Source: Fistulifera solaris (lineage: Eukaryota). From it: a stretch of DNA of 64,000 bases. Below, in pieces: positions 59,599-64,000 of this stretch (positions within the stretch are counted from its first letter, which is position 1; the number at the start of each line of letters is the position of its first letter). The translations under genes and the position numbers were made by a program. The stretch covers positions 62,001-126,000 of the forward strand of contig AP026164.1 in the NCBI GenBank assembly GCA_030295235.1. The letters run 5' to 3'. The notes beneath the pieces are model-generated. The model was given only the letters and a program-made list of their open reading frames with translations, did no database searches and was not told the origin of the DNA.

Positions 59599-60959
59599 TT
59601 TTGCTAGTTGAATGTGTTGCTAATGCTCTTGTTGTTTGTCTATTTGTAAAAGTAAAGTAACGGATCACAGGGATTGTCTGTTTGACTTACAGTCAGATGC
59701 GACTGAACTGATCGTTTTATTTTTGTGGATGGTTTGGGTGGAATATTACAGTATTATTTTTGAGAGATGAAGATGAAACACGAGAAACAGAAACGGGGCG
59801 GGAAAGCGTCCGGCGAACCCTCAACCTCAACGGATCAAGGTAGATGATATATCTGGGTACCGTACCGACATTGTCGATCTATTTTTTCCGGTACGAAACC
59901 TACGAGACGTCCACGTACCAGGTACTTGTGGACATTCGAAGCGTTGTATCTTTGCTCTTTTTGTACTTGTTGTTCGAAGTAATGTCAATTCTTGTTTGAA
60001 AAAAAAGATATGTAAATGCATGTTGATGATTGTTTGGACCTTCGATGTTCGATGTTCGATGAGATGGTCATTGATGTTGGCTGCTAAAAAGCTACTCCGT
60101 ACTTCTTCGCTTAGACGGAACCAAGAAGGACAAATTTCTGTTGCGCCCTTTCGAGTGTTGCCAACTTGTGTGAAGAAAGCAATTGCAATCAATTGATGTA
60201 AGTACTACAAAACATTCTATCAATTCATGATCGAAGCGGTGAATTACTGTTTTTCAACAAAAGAACCGTCGAAACCGTAGTTTTTACTATCGGCGCAACA
60301 CCTTTTCGTCATCGTGACAATTCTATATCCGAACTGGAAAATCGGCGTTTGTGAACGCGAAATCTTTGCTTTGAAAACAACAATCAAAAGCAACAATCAA
60401 CTACCGCCTAAAATGGCAACTAGTGGATATTTTTTGTTCGGATTTTGCTCCACGATGATCAGAAATGCTTGGAGAGACGATAAGCGGACGCTCGTTCGTT
60501 TAGTGTCGATTGGCAGACCGCGAATTCTTGTTTCCTCACTTAACTTTAAAGAATGAAGGGGTTCTTACAATGAACTATTTGTTGCATTGGGATGCTTGAA
60601 TTTTCTACGTCTCGGAAGGACTGTTCCGTCACAACGTTGACGATACAACGAACTATCAGCTTCGCTCAGGCATGCGTTGGAAAGTGCCGTGCTTCGGCCT
60701 AAATTCTCACGTATGCTTCATCAGAGCCGCACATTAAGTTTTGGCTGGCTTTCATGTCTTTTTGTGGCAGCTGCACGTGTTTCCGTCACCTTCTTTCTTT
60801 GAGTGAATGCAAATGGTGTAACATCGAGAAAAAGCTAACGAAACCGCCATGTCAGCCATTGCATTCCTCAAACTGCAGATTGCTTGATTTTTGGAAGTGA
60901 AAAGTGCAGTACCGCTTGCACTTATTAACTTTGCACTTCGGTGCACGGTTAGCATTGGC

Positions 60960-61863
60960 CGAATAGATGGCCAACTTCGTGATAACGGATCCAACATTCA
61001 CAGCATTATGACGTACCAATGCTTGATCATATGTCTTGTTCTTGTGTGGCATCTACGACAAGAATGCAGTTATCTGGTTGAACGCATCGCCGCCGCAAAT
61101 TCTTCATCGCCTCCCGGAAACAAGAGCGCCGCTTGCTCATCGACCACCGCCCGTTAAGTTCGACCAGGTGGCCTTTCCGTTACTGTTTCATTATCTATCC
61201 CTGCTGTGCCGCATCCTAGTAGAATCGACCACTGTCACATTATTGCTCGTACAAGAACGAAGCATCCGTGGGCGGCCACAGTGCAAAAAATCTTTCCCGA
61301 AGCAACACAAACAATTTTACATGGTGATCGTTATCCAAGAAATATTGATCCACAGATTGCACGGCTTGTGATGATCCTGTCCCGAAAGCTTCTTCCGCCC
61401 ATAAGACCTTGCTGAACGGAATCGAACATAATACGTTGTTGCTTTGATTTCACGGATACCGCAAGGATACGTTCATCTTCACTCGAATGAATAATCGCCG
61501 TTTGTAACGACCTAATTCCTCTCCTTCTCTGCAGGAAAATGTACACACCGAAGTGCATCTGCATGCCTATCGGGTTGCACATCAAACATCAGCGAAGACT
61601 TTCATTTGTGGACCACAATGCACTCAACCGGAGACCGTGCAACAAAAAGATACCGCCTTTCGAATAACGAGAGGTCGGCCAAGCGAAACATAATCGCGCA
61701 AGAATTCTAAAGCAGATGACGGTTCCTCGAGTACAGTAACAGGGCCTTCATCCTTGTGATTGAGAAGGAACAACACAAATACAGCACATCGTCTATTTGT
61801 ACAACAATAACGTTCGATGACATCCTCGTCAATCTTTAAAAAAAGTGATCGCGTCGTCGTCAT
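60960..61863 (-). pseudogene. Decayed JmjC (JMJD7-like) gene remnant
   Basis: 'SALEFLRDYVSLGRPLVIRKAV', then out-of-frame 'DVQPDRHADAL' (cf. VTPxGxADA) and 'AVNV(W)I' near 61000, separated by several stops and frameshifts. Confidence 0.45.
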
Positions 61864-64000
61864 CTAGAGATCGTTCTCCTTCTGCAATCATCAATCGAGG
61901 AGCTTATTATAATTCCCAAACTCGGTAGACTATTAATGTCTTTTCTAATCTTCTTTAGGAGTAAACATTTGCTTCTATGTCGCTTCAATCTCTTTACGTA
62001 GTAGTTTGCATCGCGTCGTCCACGACATCAACTCAACACTCAACTCTCAACCCCGACGCGCCGACACAGACACAGATACGCATACAAGTAACACATCGAA
62101 GCATACCGATCGAAATAACAAAACTGAAAAACAAAACATCCATTTCATCCTTCATCATCGTCAAGGCACACAAGGTGCCTCCGGTTGACTTGACTCCTTT
62201 CTTTTCCCCCTTTGTTCGATATCTGAATTTGAAACGCGGATGTTGCTTGTGAGATACGAGTAGGCGGGCTCGCACCTATTGAAGAATATTCAGACGCGTA
62301 TATCGCGACATTCATTCATTCGTGGGACGTGGTCGTGGGATCCCAACACATGGGGAAAACCGTTGCTCAAGACAGAAATACTTAGATAGCTTTCCCTAAA
62401 TGATTTTTAAATTGAGTTTGTGAACACAAACAACATTTTGATTTTCGGTAGAAGCGAATCGCTGAATTTGCTTCTCTCTTTTTTCGCTGCGTTCTTCTTC
62501 TTCTCACATCTCCTCTCAAAGGCGACTGAGAGAGGTTTGATGTCCTCCCCGTATTCAGTTGTTGCCAAAGCTGTGGCCTGCGATCACAGCTTGGGACCGT
62601 ATGGTTGAATACATAGTGGGAGCGCATGAAGGGTTGTGGTGCGTATGTCCCGAGGAAGGAGGAGTCGTCTCGCGAAACGGCAACCTCGTGTCGTCTCGAC
62701 GATTCGCTTGCCTGTTTGCGAGGCTTTCCTGCCTTACCGGAAAACACGCAGTTGGAGCATTGTGCTGGGAAAAGTTCTTCACCTGAGTTGTGGGATCCAT
62801 GAGGCGTGCCGAAGAACTGTGTGCGCCAGTGATTGGTGAAGCAATGGTAACGGTTGAGCGGGGTTTGGGGTTCACCCGCTGAGCAGCTTATGAAAGCCAC
62901 ATTCGCCTTTCCGCTCCCAACCGGATACATGGGCGTTTGTGATCGCTTGTTGACATCTGCTTAACGTCTTCGGAGCTCTTGCGGTGCTTATGAGTTATCC
63001 TAGAAATAGGTTAGCGGTTACGGGCACTAGCAAGGGTCCCCCATATGTCCCGGCACAATGAAAAATGTATACCACGACACTCTTCATGCTAACACTTGTT
63101 CATTTCAAAACCGAATTAACTAAAATTAATAAACTAATACAACAGATGGGTGTGCACGGTGGGTAATGGCGATGACAGGAGAAGCTCATCCAACTCATTG
63201 TCCTAATATTTGGTCTCGTGATGCTTTCATAGAGTATTGTGAGCAAGATGTCATAAAGCTGCCACAAATGACACTTCGCATTGCTTATCTGCCTCCTTTG
63301 AGTTGAAAGCTGATCTTGTGCATGCTACAAGCGTTTCCGAATCGCTGTGGTCGAATCAAAAAAACTCAGCCACAAATGGTCAGTCGCTCTTCCTCTCCTT
63401 CACTTCCATAGTGTCATAGGCGTCATTCATAATGTTGGACATCGTCAAGAAAACACTAATTCCCAATCAATCCGTTTGCTTGACTACTACTCGTTTGTAT
63501 CTCAATACCCGCTGTGTTTAAAGATTCGTGTGATAGCTGAATAGAAATACTTTCGCCGCCAAGTACCGAGACCATGTGGTAGAATCAACGTTGGCCAGAT
63601 AATGTGGCGGACCCTGCAGTGGCGCCGTGGTGTTCGAGCTGGTGACCGTAATAGTGCAATTGATTTTACCAACCTTTGTTTTATCGCCTAACCTTCTCGT
63701 CGTTGGGCATGGGTAACGTACTGTGTATTCCTCGTCGAAGAACGTTCAGGATCGACTGAGGTCAACAAATGAGCAGCACACTTGTACAACACACGGTGTA
63801 TCGATGCCACAATGCCAAATCATTGGTTTGATCGTTTATGGTCCGTACATGAGTGGGTTCTTTCTCAAAAAAGACGGTGCATTTTTGAAGCGAGATGGGT
63901 TTGGCTTCAAATACCAAAATGGCGTTTCATCCTTCCCAATAATACATGGTTGGCTCCATAATAGCGATCGATTCATATTTCTTGGAGTAAATTATTGCAA

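Noticed and set aside
62382..62930. 182-aa ORF as a transposon or host gene
   Set aside because: No transposase, RT, integrase or other motif recognised.

Overview
Gene-dense eukaryotic nuclear DNA with short GT-AG introns. It is most likely from a diatom, judged from bipartite plastid-targeting peptides, diatom-style HSF and ankyrin proteins, an EF-hand alternative oxidase and kinase-guanylate cyclase receptors; the species cannot be determined from the sequence. About 22 protein genes are supported: POT1-like, EF-hand AOX, cystatin, RlmI-type methyltransferase, ferrochelatase, calpain, ankyrin protein, TauD-AKR fusion, Rieske-fold protein, HHL1-like, YIF1, GUF1, two tandem receptor kinase-guanylate cyclases, HSF, AKR, WD40, a hypothetical protein, a 3xCBM6 protein, glycolate oxidase, a TPR tail-anchored protein, a giant ~15xCBM6 protein and MCM6. 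A decayed JmjC gene lies near the end. Many genes, including essential ones, carry 1-nt frameshifts mostly at homopolymers, which looks like uncorrected long-read error rather than pseudogenisation. The most interesting items are: (1) an apparently intronless ~2360-aa secreted protein with ~15 CBM6-like modules and a silaffin-like Ser/Lys KXXK tail with RXL motifs; (2) a calpain with a UBA-like domain and an inserted GRF zinc finger; (3) a TauD dioxygenase-aldo-keto reductase fusion; (4) a Rieske-fold protein with both His ligands replaced by Cys; (5) receptor cyclase paralogs with homogenised catalytic halves and divergent sensors; and (6) several non-coding inverted-repeat or palindromic elements. 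All domain calls come from motif recognition by eye; no database search was run.
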